NCBI GenBank assembly: GCA_973895155.1
Contig: OZ316896.1
Coordinates: 4,068,738-4,132,737, forward strand
DNA from: Marsupella aquatica
Lineage: Eukaryota > Plantae > Marchantiophyta
Length of the DNA stretch: 64,000 bases
Direction: 5' to 3'
In this document: positions 1 through 12,100 of the stretch, in pieces
How the letters are laid out: every line of letters starts with the position of its first letter
Numbering within the stretch: the first letter of the stretch is position 1
Made by a program: the position numbers and the translations under genes
The notes under the pieces: generated by a model
What the model was told of the DNA's origin: nothing
Seen by the model: the letters and a program-made list of their open reading frames with translations, nothing else
Database searches by the model: none

Positions 1-1
1 T

Positions 2-982
2 GTGGATGATATGCTAATTGTAGCGAAGGATAGGTCTGAGATTGTTAAGCTCAAGGCACTGCTTAGTGCAGAGTTTAAGATGAAGGACTTAGGGCCAGCT
101 AAGAGGATTTTGGGTATGGAGATCACTAGGGACTTGGAGCCTGGCAAGCTATGGTTGACGCAGAGCAGTTATGCGAGGAAGGTAATTGCAAGGTTCAACA
201 TGGGGAATAGCAAGCCAGTAAGTACCCCATTGGCTCCACACTTCAAGTTATCATTAGCGTTCTGTCCTACGGATGACACAGAGAAGGGGTTGATGTCAAA
301 GGTTCTGTATGACAAGGCAGTGGGGAGTCTCATGTATTTGATGACTTGCACTAGACCTGATCTTGCCATGGCTATGGGCAAGGTGAGCAGGTACATGTCG
401 AATCCAGGGAAGGTACACTGGGAAGCAGTGAAGTGGATTATCAGGTACTTGAAGGGTACCGTGGATCATGGTCTTTTATTTGATGCGAATGCAAAGAATG
501 CTAAATCATTGATTGGCTATGTTGATTCTGACTATGGACAAGATTTGGACCGAAGGAGATCAACAACAGGATACGTGTTCATACTTGGCGGTGGATGCAT
601 AAATTGGAGGTCTACTTTGCAGAAGTGTATTGCTCAGTCTACTACAAAAGCGGAGTATGTTGCAGCTGCGGAAGCAGCAAAGGAATCGATTTGGTTGGAT
701 AGACTTATCACTGAAATGGGATTGCCACAGGGGAATGTGAAGCTCCATTGTGATAGTCAAAGTGCGCTCCACCTTGCTGTGAACCAGGTGATGGACAGCA
801 GAGTGAAGCACATTGACGTTAGGTACCATTTTATCAGGCAGGCTGTGTCTGATAATTTGTTTGAGCTAGTCAAGATTGATGGTAAACTCAACCCGGCTGA
901 CGCATTTACCAAAGTGATTCCTTTGGAGAGTTTCTCTAGACACCGTGACGTATTGCAGGTTTTGCAATTGCATCACAAGTAG
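2..982 (+). CDS. Copia pol polyprotein, C-terminal fragment (reverse transcriptase end + RNase H)
   Basis: Uninterrupted 326-codon frame with VDDML (YVDD), MKDLG, VGSLMYL..TRPDL, GYVDSD..RRSTTGY, AEYVA, CDSQSA, KHIDVRYHFIR and NPADAFTK motifs. Confidence 0.95.
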   Translation: MDDMLIVAKDRSEIVKLKALLSAEFKMKDLGPAKRILGMEITRDLEPGKLWLTQSSYARKVIARFNMGNSKPVSTPLAPHFKLSLAFCPTDDTEKGLMSKVLYDKAVGSLMYLMTCTRPDLAMAMGKVSRYMSNPGKVHWEAVKWIIRYLKGTVDHGLLFDANAKNAKSLIGYVDSDYGQDLDRRRSTTGYVFILGGGCINWRSTLQKCIAQSTTKAEYVAAAEAAKESIWLDRLITEMGLPQGNVKLHCDSQSALHLAVNQVMDSRVKHIDVRYHFIRQAVSDNLFELVKIDGKLNPADAFTKVIPLESFSRHRDVLQVLQLHHK

Positions 983-1172
983 AGTTTTCTTAACATTCAT
1001 TGTAATTACTGATATATGCTCTTCCTCATTCCTATGTATTAGGCTACGGCTTAGTTCTGGTTTGCTCTAGTTAGAGAGGGAAACCGGTTTGGTTTTTGTC
1101 CAGAACTTCCCGCTGAGGGATCATATACATTGGCAGTATTACTCTCCCCTAGACCAGAGTCAAGGGGAAGAT

Positions 1173-1593
1173 TGTTGGGTATTTACTCTTACGTCTAGGT
1201 TAGGTATGACGTGGTTGGTACAATAACGTGGGTTGGTACAACTACGTGGTTAGGTACAACTACGTGATTAGGTACAACTATGTGGTTAGGTACAACTACG
1301 TGATTAGGTACAACTATGTGGTTAGGTACAACTAAGTTGCACACTATATCATAAGAGGCATGTGTGCTTGGAGAGGTAGAACCAAGGCTCATTGTTATGG
1401 AGCCACTTGAGAGATAGGGAGAGCTTACACTGTGGAGACTCGGTATAGCCGACGGGCTTAGAGTTCAGTAAAGCTCTCTTGTGTGTTCCCGTGGACGTAG
1501 CCTCAAGGAGGTGAACCACGTATCTCTTGTGTCGACTATTGTGCGTTGGATGGTTCATGGGCTTGCCGTTGCGATCATCGTCTATGCTCAACA
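1173..1593 (+). repeat. Copia 3' LTR (421 bp)
   Basis: Starts TGTTG after the PPT and ends CAACA. Its 3' half closely matches the LTRs at 31983-32326 and 48596-48939. Confidence 0.92.
1210..1334 (+). repeat. 18-bp tandem array (~7 copies, GTTAGGTACAACTACGTG-like) in LTR U3
   Basis: Directly visible; also gives the VVPNH(I/V) repeat in the antisense ORF 1195..1392. Confidence 0.92.
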
Positions 1594-2179
1594 GGTTAAG
1601 GGTCAGCGTTGGGATGACCATCAGGGCCCCCTGCTTGTGAGGGCCATACAAGGACCTGAGTAAGGGCAAGCATGAGGCAGAGTGGGGCGGGTTCTAGGTG
1701 TAGGCGGCAAGGGCAAGGGCCAGGTGCAAACCAGGGTGAGTGAGTCCTGGGAGGGATTGGGCTTTGGGGGGGGGCGGCTGGCAGCAGGGCGAGGGGGCTT
1801 GATACAGTCAATGATTGATGGGCAGGGCAATTTATGGGCAGGGCAATGTCCCTGCCAAAATGACAATTATGTTTGATCATAACACTTCAGAGAGGAATAT
1901 TTAGAAAGGTCTGGCCAAAGGTTACTATAGTTGTTAGATCGCATAAATTTGTAAACATGAAATCTCATACTAATTGTAATCTAACAATTTCATTTACAAA
2001 TGTCTATATCATAAATCTTAACAAATTTATGTATACCTAGACTAATAGGGAAAAATCTGACTGCATTTTTTCTACTGACTTAAACTAATAGACATTTATA
2101 CAATTGAGATGGACTCCATTTTGAGCTTAAGAGTCATACTAGCCTTTAGGCATAGCTATAATACAGGGTGTTACACACC

Positions 2180-5100
2180 TTAAAAGGAGAGTGGATTGTT
2201 TTCCTTTGCCCATTTCTGCATGATCCTAAGAATTTTCTCAGCCTTCACATAAATGAATTTGTGTTAGGGCCTGCAATGTTAATCTCTTTCCCAAGATTAC
2301 TTAAAATTACTGACTTCTGATATGATCTTTGCAAGAAATGGTGGATCTTATAATCTATACTATCAAATCAATTTTTTTCTGACAAACTAAAGCACCTGTT
2401 ATAGTGTCAATGTTTTGAATATAGATGTACCTCTGGATGGGATGAAGTCTTAAGCAAATTCATCACTTCTTTGAGACTCTCTTTGGATTCTTTCCCAAGT
2501 ATGACTTGCTGGAAAACTCCAACACAAGCTCCTCTTTTTCCTTCCCAATGCTCAGGAGAATCATCCATTTTCTCTAGAACATCAAATGCTTTTGCAGCAC
2601 AGAGGAATTGACTTGTTTTGTAGCATTCATTGGCTATGAGCAACAGTAAGCTGTTCAAGCCTGAAGTTAGTCCAACTCGGCTGAAAATGTAAATAGAGTA
2701 AAACAACTAACTTCCAATCTCTTTACTAGTTGATGAATGTGTTTTCATTTCTTTATCAGGTTGAGTACCTGAATGACTCTTCAGAAGCCTTCACACGAAG
2801 GTATTGGTCCCAAGCTAGACAAGCTTCACCATTTGCTATAAAGCAGTGTGAGAGCCATGCTTTATACAGGTAATCATTTCGATAGCAATCATTGCCTATC
2901 CTTAGTAAAGTTTCTTGAGCTTCTTGGTACTCATGGTTTGCTGCTTTGGCAATGGCATAGTTCCATAGGAAGTCCTCTTGGCCCTCACAATAAGGTTTGA
3001 TGGACTGCATATGAAACAATCATATGGAGTCTTTAGATCACTGTCTACATATGACACTGCCAAAGAGCAAAAAGTGGCAAATTGAGAGAACCCAATCCCA
3101 AAGGCAGAGACCCAATCAAGGGGGGAAAACAAGAGAAAAAACAAGAGAAAAACCAAGGAAGACAAAAGAGCCAAACTGACAAGAGCCAAAAAGCCTGAGA
3201 GTCCCCAACAACAGCTAAAGAACTAAAGCCCTACTAAGCAACAAATGAAAAACATGGTAGAGAATTCCTGTTCACTTCAAAAATAGCTTTGTAAAAAAGT
3301 GTTTCAGAGGTTTTGGCCAAAATATCCAAGTTAGTTATAAAAATGAAAAGGAGATATTATAGTAGCAATAAATAATAACAATATTATGAAATCAATCATT
3401 GCCACAAAAGACTTTTGAGGTGTTACTTTCACCTTCAAGTAGATCAACGTATCATCAAACTGCTTTATAAGGAAAAAGCGCGAAGCCATGCATTGGCGGC
3501 CAGGGATTGTGTCACATTCACTTGCAGAAGTCCCAACAAGCTGGTACAATTGTTGTGCTTGTTTAATAAGGTCCTCAAGATCAAACTCTTGCCCGTAGGT
3601 TGCCAAAGTGACAGCTTTTAAGATGAATTCTTGTGGGGATGTTGGCTCTAATGCTTTAATAGTGTCGTAAGCTTGTTGTGTTTCTGAACAGTCCAAAGCT
3701 ATTTGTCAATTTGAAAAAGGTAGCATTTGTTTTGTCAAGGATGCCTGGACACTGCAAGAACTTCAAAAGTCATACGAAAGAGCCCAAACTTTAGTTTGAA
3801 AATAATTTAAACTTACGGCCATTTTGTAAATAATAGACGACTAGATTCAACCGAGCTTCTGGCAACACATTTACAAGACTGGGGAGTACCTGCATAGTAA
3901 ACACTCAACTCAGCTTAGTATTCTTGCTTGTAGCAGCAACAACAACCAAAAACACAAGAATTAAAGAGTCATGTGTGATTGAATTCCTTTGTGTTTTTCT
4001 TCAGTTCTTGGAGTCAAATTGAGAATGCTTATAAGTAATGTTGTGCGCAAGATTTTCCAAATGAAGTGATGTTTAGTGAGTGTGGCATCAGTGCTTGAAC
4101 ATATCTTGAATTTTGGCATCTACTTTGAAGACTTCACGTGAAGCAGGCCAAGTATCACCTGCAAAGCACCTTCCCCATTTTGGAAAACAACTTGGTTATG
4201 TCGAACAAGGTCATTTTCAACTAGACCACCGTAGGCGTTTTCCAAACTCTTCATGCTAGCTTCTGCTGCCTTCCCATTCGAGAGCTTGAAATTGTTACAG
4301 GCCTACAGTAGTCCATGAACATAATGACAGGGTTTTAGCTCCAGAAAACAGTAATGACTGACTACATGGAGAATGCAAAGCATGTGATGGTTTCAAGAGA
4401 TTCTCTAATTATATGAAATGTCCATTCATTGAAAGGCTCTTCAGTTGTCACCTTGCAACTTTCTTGAGAATAAGTCATCCCCAGATGATACAATGAATCA
4501 CATATATGAGATGCCTAACTGAAAGCTTGAACTACTCACTTACCTTTGTCATAGTTTCTACTCTAATAATTTTTAATTGATGCACTTGAAGTTTTGCAAA
4601 GAATCACAATGTTCTATTTAGGTGAAAAAAAATTTCATATTTTTTTATGAACTCAACTATACCCTGTTTTGTGTATATGAAATATTTCAATTTGTATAAC
4701 CTATTTTCTTATTCCTGGATGTTGAAAACATAAGTAAGTTAGGGTTGAGGGTAGTGGGTTCTAATTTACTCTTGTCTCACCTTCACATTTACAGCAAGGG
4801 CACTATCAGGATGGACCTGTGAACACAGAAGTAGAGTGTAGATAAGTTGCAAGTGGTTTAAAGAGGATAAAAACCACAAGGAAGATTATGGACATGGTGA
4901 AAGTGCTGGAATATATAGTTTTTAATTTGCCTTGAACTGTACCAATTCAAAGACTTGCTGCAACAAATTTTGCTAAATTCCTTAGTGTGCAAACCTTAAC
5001 AAATTTGTGCAAGGACAAATATTGGAGTGTTTGTGTTTCCATACTCTACTACCTGAACTATGAAGCCACTTTACACTCCACTAGGCTGTCAAATTATTGA

Positions 5101-6342
5101 GATATGTCTGTACAGTGTATTTGAGGTAGATAAGAAGCCACAGTGCAACCTCATGATAGTTGTTGAGGATCTCAAGGCTAACATCATGATAGTCCATGTT
5201 GTAGTAGCACAGAGCCACATAAACGTTCAAAGCCAACCATTCCCTACAAATGATAACTTCCCAATTAGATTGACCATCATACTTGAAGATTAGACACTGT
5301 GTGTATATATCCCATCTTGAAAATTGACATTCAATAATTGAGAGTTTGAGCTTGTTTGAAGCTTCACTTCCAAGTGTAACAGACCTGTTCTCGGCCAAAA
5401 GTTCCTTGTAGACATCAGTAGCTTCTTGATAATGGCCACGCAAATAGTGGATGGATGCTAGGCTCAATCGATCTTCAGCACTATCACCAAGCTTGTTGTG
5501 GTACATCATCAGCTTGCTCTCATCATTGTTCCGATGAGCTATATGGAATAGTACTCTTGTCTGTAGAGGGCACTCAGGCCCTAATCAAAAGTGAAGCCAT
5601 AAATTATTTTCCCAGACAAGTGACAGAAAATTGAAATGGGGAAAATTCAGAACTAAATCACTATGCAAAGAACTTACAAATTTTAGCAATGCCATTATAT
5701 ATGGATGAAAAGCTATTAGTGTTGAGATCATTCCTGTTTCATTGAATTCAACCTTACATACAATGGGGGAAGGCTAAGTCCAGTAAGAAAAGGTGAAAGA
5801 AAAGGACTCAGCAAATGCCTTTAAGTGCAGCTTGTTCAGCTTCTTGATATAAGCCAATGTAGAAAAGGCATGCAGCAGAATAGATATGATACATAGGATC
5901 TGCATCTGAGGTTTCCAGGAGCTCATTGTACAGATTTAAAGCCTTGTCATGCTCGCCATGATGAAAATGGCAATATGCCAACCACTCCTTTGCTTTTTTA
6001 TCGTCTCCTTTTGCATCCTACATACCCAGTGCAGTGATTTGGGAAACAATTCATGTTATTTTGATAGATGAAAGAAAGAAGTAAAGGAATTATTGAGAAA
6101 TTAAGATGATGTGTGAGTCATGACATTATGCGGTGTGTAAGTTGAATCATTTGTGACAAGCTAACTTTATAGTGATAGGAAGAACCTACAGCAAGCTTAA
6201 ATTGGAGTAGTGCTATAGCACCGGTGTAGTCTCTAGCTTCCAAAAAGTCTTCCAATTCCATATGAGTCTTCTCCTTCCCTTGCGAACTTTTAGCTCGGTC
6301 TCCATGCGAAGAGGCTAAAGAACGCGCCTTGGAAAGAATCAT
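2180..6342 (-). CDS. IFT56: Intraflagellar transport protein 56 / tetratricopeptide repeat protein 26 (DYF-13), 11 exons, 554 aa
   Basis: Hand-spliced exons: 6342-6190, 6017-5819, 5580-5385, 5243-5150, 4816-4781, 4302-4159, 3889-3817, 3683-3433, 3004-2769, 2650-2431, 2242-2180 (1665 nt, phases consistent). Motifs: [93 protein letters not shown]. Confidence 0.95.
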
Positions 6343-8273
6343 ATTTGCCAGATTTTTAGGAGCTCAAGATATCCTTTCTGTGCTTAATAGTATACTTTTC
6401 AATCCCAGTTGCTCATCAATCTTTGGTTAATGTTGACATGAGTGTAAGCTATAGGCTCCAGCTCTGATTTCTTTGTACAATTACTCTCAACCTTACTTCA
6501 CCTTTTGAACAATGGGCTCTTAATGCAATTCCCAAACTGGACCATCTCAAACATCATTGACATTGATGTTTCCGTGAAGGCTCTCGGTCTAATTCCATTG
6601 TTCTACCTAATCCATAGGATTTTCTGTACTCACAAAACAAAATGGACAGTGTGAAACATTTCTGATTCTCATTTCACGAAGGGCTCTCAGTCTAAGTCCA
6701 TTGCAACATTACTTTCACGGTTCTCCAATGATTTTTCTGCGGTCACAAAACCAAATGTTGTGAAACATAACTTATTCTCGAGCTTGGCATGACTTCATGA
6801 ACTAAATGGACTTTAATCTTCAGAATATGATCAAGTCCAACAGCTTCACAACCATGATCTTATTTGGGCCTCCTTGTCATTTCTGTTTGTAAAATCAGAC
6901 ATTGATCATGATGATCTTCTTGATGTCCCACATTTTGTTGAAGCACAGAGAAGCCTCCCAACTGGCACCATCCTTTTTGCTACTCAAACATCATTGATAA
7001 TTCTTGAACTTCCTGTTCTTGTTAGTGCAACTTTTGTCTTACTAACATCTTTGCTTTTGGCACCAGCAATCCCCCCTCTTTGATCTCATTCCCTCAAGTA
7101 AGGACTACCCTCAGTATTGTGCCTTGGTATTCCATCTACAGGGGTGTAAATTTACCTTTCAAGACAGATTGCTATTTGTGAAGATAAAAAGATAGATTGA
7201 ATTATCTGTAATAGTGTGAATGTTAGGTGACTATAGCATGGTTAAGTCCACCGTAATTTGTGGTCACACTAAACTACTCCTTGCTCATACTAGTTTATTG
7301 CATACTGTTTGTTTATGCTACTGTAGTCTATATAAGGATTCTAGACAAACTGATGTACAATACTTCTGAAAATATGGTGTAGAATACTTCCATGAGTGCT
7401 GTCCAAGAATACTTTCTGGGCCAAATTTGGGCCCCCATCACAACAACTGAACAAATTCAGCCAACCAAAGTTTAGGCCACTCAAGTAAAGAACATTTTAG
7501 GTTTGACTATCTTATATGGTCTAGAATCCTTTTGAGCTTTGACATCACAGGCTCAACCAGGCACTCAAGTAAAGAACATTCTAGGTTTAAATTATACCGA
7601 GGGATTTGTTTGATGGGACCGCAAAATGAACCATGTTACTTAATAGGACCCCTCACATTGCGTTTAAATTACATCAAATTGCACATTGTGTTTACCTGAG
7701 TTATCTTATTTTGTATGCAGAAACACCAGAGGAGTACTCACTGACAGCTGACCATAAACTTTACTTTGGAACAGAGTGATATATATTTTGAGTATACAGG
7801 AGCTCAGTTGTTTGGCTAGTTTACCTTGTCCATAATCACTGAGTAGATCACTCAGCAGCCCCAGACTTCACTTACTGACAAGCTAATGTTTGGCTCTCTC
7901 GCCTGGTATTGCATCTCAGAGTAGACCAGCAGACAAGGATATACAACTCACCTTGTGCCTTGACGCAATGTGTAACTCTCCCCCTAAACAGTCCCCCTTA
8001 TTGCCCTGTAATGTGCCTATTAGTGAAAACTCAATTGATAGGTCATGTTTTCATACTCAATGCTCTTTGTGCATGTGTGGCCTATTTCTCTAATCAAGAC
8101 TGTGGTTCTTGGAAAACTCATTTTATTACAACCCTTGGATCTCACACTTAGATTCTTTGTGCTGCCTTGCCTAATTCCATTTTGTCGATAAGAGAGTGAC
8201 TTCCAAATTTTCAAAGTGTTAGTTCTTTTGTGTGTTAAGGGTTTTGGCAAACCCCACCTTGGGATAGGGCTTT

Positions 8274-8610
8274 TGTTGAACTATGACATCTTCCGTCATG
8301 ACAATACGATCATGACTCATCACATGCTCACATAGTTGACACAATCCATACGTGGTTCACCTCTTCTCCAAGGCTACATCCACATGAACACAACAACTTT
8401 ACTTTGACAGAGTAGTCAAACACACTGTAGGCTCTCTCTTTTCCTCAAGTTGCTTCGTTACAATGAGCAAGCACTACATACCATCGGCTTACACTAGCCC
8501 TGGTATATGCAAGGTCACACATGACTAATCTAACCTCAGCTAAATCCCTAACTGAGGTTAACCTAATTGTCGTAACCTTTGAGTCACAAGACTAAGAGCA
8601 ATCCTTAACA
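8274..8610 (-). mobile_element. Old solo LTR of the same copia lineage
   Basis: TGTTGA...TTAACA termini. The reverse complement shares blocks with the other LTRs (ATACGTGGTTCACCTC, AGGCTAC, GAGTCACAAGACTA). Flanks GCTTT/ACTTT look like a 5-bp TSD with one mismatch. Confidence 0.8.
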
Positions 8611-9798
8611 ACTTTGTGTAAAAGCTGGTTGAACTCAAAACCTAACTTGTCACAATGAAGACTATTATTGTTGGGCTTTGCTAGTTGGGACAACCTATGT
8701 TGAGCAAACTCTGTACTACATGAATTTGCACTGTGTATATAGGTAGTATTAGGAATGTGAAGACATACTCTCTCATGTCTTCGGCTTGTGTGCATGATAC
8801 CGGCCAATCTTGAATGAAGAGACCCACTAGGCAACAAATCATGAGTTTCCCAGGAAAGCTCTTCCCAAATGATCTATTCAATTCTCTTTGTGTGTGACCT
8901 ACAGTGTTGGGACACCGTGCCATGCAACTGCTCAGTTCAATTTTTCAGGAGGTTCGCCAAACAGCTCCACTAACAAAAACAATTCCAACCAGTTGCGCAA
9001 TTGCATTAATGTTAGTACTCCTGTGTCACTATTGTAGAATCATTTCTACGGATATTATCTAGTGAAACCTCTTCATTTTCCCAGCAATGCTAAAAAACAT
9101 TTGCAAAATACTGCACCAAAAGATCCCGCACCAAAAGATGGCCATCCGTGCATTGCCCTCCCTCACCATCACCATCTGTGCCTCTCCTTGCTACTTGTGC
9201 AACAGACATACAGTGAACCATGTGTAAGTGCACTGTGGATAATTGCATTCTGTGAATTAGTGCAGGCCAACTATGTCTTCCTCTAATATTACAAGGATTG
9301 TCTTTGTAATGCATCAAAAAATCAGTTTGCATAAATGCAGGTCAACTTTCATTAAACTACAAATATCAGCACTAAAAGACAAGTAGATAAGTACAATTCA
9401 CTCTATAAGTGTATACATGTATTTATCAATTATTGCGATGCATACACAAAAAGCATTTGTTGATAAGTGCAACAAACAGCTACACAAAGTATTTCATGCA
9501 CTTATCCAGTTGAAATGTGAAACATGAGGGCTCGATGTATGAGGAGCCGACAACACAAGAGAGAAGTGCATATTAAATGATTTTTCATGCACTTATTAGA
9601 TGGTGCAGACCAGCCATGTTTTTCTTGTTTTTAAACATTAACCAAGGTGGTTACTATTTTATCCTACAGACAAGCACAGATCTGGTTATGGAGTATTTTA
9701 TAGTACTTTCTGACAGTTGCAGAGTATTTCCTGGCTAATACTCCCCCAAAGTGCATTAGGTGTTGGCAAATGAAACCCCATCATTAGCCCTGTTTGTA

Positions 9799-10160
9799 GG
9801 GTGAGTGATTGGCTAATTGTTGCCCCTAAAAATATGGCTAGTGCACATTATGCATACATGGAGAAGTGCATAAAATGATGTACTATGCACTTATAACATA
9901 GTGCATTCGATGGATAGCTTCTGTTTTTGGGTGAGTGATTGGCTGAATTTTACCAACAAAAATATGACTACTGCACACTATGCATACATGGAGAAGTGCA
10001 TAAAATGATGTACTGTGCACTTATAACATACTGCATTCGATGGATAGCTTCTGTTTTTGGGTGAGTGATTGGCTGATTTTTACCAACAAAAATATGACTA
10101 CTGCACACTATGCATACATGGAGAAGTGCATAAAATGATGTAATGTGCACTTATAACATA
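9799..10160. repeat. 130-bp tandem repeat, ~2.8 copies
   Basis: GGGTGAGTGATTGGCT recurs at 9799, 9929 and 10059; copies 2 and 3 are almost identical. Confidence 0.9.
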
Positions 10161-10379
10161 CCAAAGTGCATTCCATAAATAAGTGCTGGCCGGTGGTGTC
10201 TTCACCTGAGTCTGCACTTGGACACTCTTCAATGTACATTGGACTTGTGCACAATAATACATGAGTTGCACATGCATTGCAGCATTGGACCTGTGCTGAC
10301 AGTAATAAATGGACATGTTTCCGAGGAATGCAGTCTAGAATGATGTATTCATTGCTCTCGTTGCTCTTGGGTGTGACCA

Positions 10380-12100
10380 AGTTCTCTGCTGGAAGGTTCT
10401 GATTTGACATTCGACGGTCACAGAGCCGTGCTACGGGAAGCTTCTACCTGCCACTCTCGAGAGGTGGTCTCATCCAGTGGTCTGATCCCATTGAATGCAA
10501 ATGCTATTCATCGTTCCTATCGAGGTGTTCTGAAGCCGTCTGAAAGCTCTCATTGACGGAATCAGATATGAAAGATTTCTGCAACTCGGCATCAAGTCAA
10601 TCCTGCTGTGAACATAATTTTGGCAGTGGGTATGCTCTATTCACTGAGATGACAGAAACCTCGCCGCACGTGTTGCATGCTGTTTCTTTTGCCTTGAAAG
10701 AATCATCTTCATTAACACGAAGAACGGTGTGAATGTTGTCCTGCTGTTACTTGGGTTGAAATTGTGTGAGTAAAAATGAGAAATGGCTGCAGGTCGGACA
10801 TAGTAAACTCACTTGGCCGGATTGAGAAATCCTAGTCCGGCACGGACAGGGGGGTACCATAGATTTGAATGCAGAACGGCAGTACATTAATATATACACA
10901 AGATCGGTGAAAGAAGACACGAGGACAGAATAGGAAACGATGTTATGAATGATTTGCGTCAACGACGTTACAGACGTTAAGGGCAGGATCCGGTATGGCT
11001 CTTCGACTAGGTTCTTTTCCCCGAGTTGTAAAGCTCCTCGAACCTAACGCAAATCCCCTACTGTTGTTGCAGTAATTTCCTGTCTGTCAAGTCTGTGTTT
11101 CTGCCTGTCCCCTTTTTCTGCCGACGTCAGGTGTATCGACAAACCAATACAACAAAAGCTGACTGGTTCCCGATAGGCTAAGATGAGGTATGCCCCAGGC
11201 AATTTGAATCGGGTATAAATGCAATCATCACCTCCGCAGTAACGAATGTCTTTCCCACAATAATTATCACCAAGGCACAGAAAGTCCAAACACACTCTCA
11301 TTTAGTCTCATAACTACGGCATTATTCTATCCTGAACTTCCGGGTCATGTTCATCATTTAACGTGCACCTACTAGAAAGTAATGATGAGATTTCTTTAGT
11401 TCCATTAAGCGACAGCCTACTTACTGAAAGGAGCAGGAGCAGGAGTCCAGGAGGCAGGAATGAAATCAGAGTGGAATTCCGCGAGCTCAAGCAAGGGAAG
11501 CAACGTCATCGCGTGAGTGAAAATCTTCAAGCCTTCGCCTTGTCAAAAAAAGTGTTCAGTGCGATTTTCCAACTTTGAGTACCGATCGATAGGACATGGA
11601 ACTAACTCAGCGCCTTACTCGTGGAGTCCGAGGTCGAGATTAGCAGACCAATGTCCAATCCAACGTACAGCAAGGTAAGGGGCGAGGACAATGACAAGAA
11701 GTGTAATGACTGCACACCCCTAGACTAGTACCCGAATTGCGAAGCATCATTATTTTGACAAGAAGATTTTCTGATTTTAGGTGAGATGATTAATGTCGAA
11801 AGCAGCGATTTCACAAGTATGAACATGGACCCCTGACGTGACAATCATGGCCTCATGGCAAGGCAATGAAGGCATCCTTTGTAATCGAATAATAGATGGA
11901 TTGCGGCACGTGAGTTTGGAAAGTGACGAAGTATGCCAGTTCAATGTACGTGATAGTGACCTTCACCCGTGCAGCGTTGGTGATGAATTGAGACCGGAAG
12001 GACATCAATCGTGATGGTCTGATGGATGTTTCCAATGTACGTAACATTCACCCGTGGAAGTGTGAAACGCCAGCGAAAAATTTAGACCATGACGTGACAC
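10380..12100 (-). pseudogene. Possible heavily decayed receptor-like kinase remnant
   Basis: In the expected order on the minus strand, with stops and frameshifts: a hydrophobic segment (VITLLVIVLAPYLAVRW), RYSKLENRTEHF (like FxYxELxxATxxF), IQIAWGIPHL, VGDLR*VR (like DFGLAR) and YGTP. Each match is weak. Confidence 0.25.

Larger units (their letters stand above)
1..1593 (+). mobile_element. 3' part of a Ty1/copia LTR retrotransposon (RT C-terminus, RNase H, PPT, 3' LTR), truncated by the window start
   Basis: Copia pol ORF 2..982. Polypurine tract AAGGGGAAGA at 1162-1171. LTR TGTTG...CAACA at 1173-1593. Confidence 0.95.

Noticed and set aside
1195-1392. ORF with VVPNH repeats
   Set aside because: Antisense translation of the 18-bp LTR array, not a gene.
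6770-7090. PPT-like AAAGAGGGGGGA followed by TG on the minus strand (possible LTR start near 7069)
   Set aside because: No matching LTR end, second copy or coding remnant could be identified.
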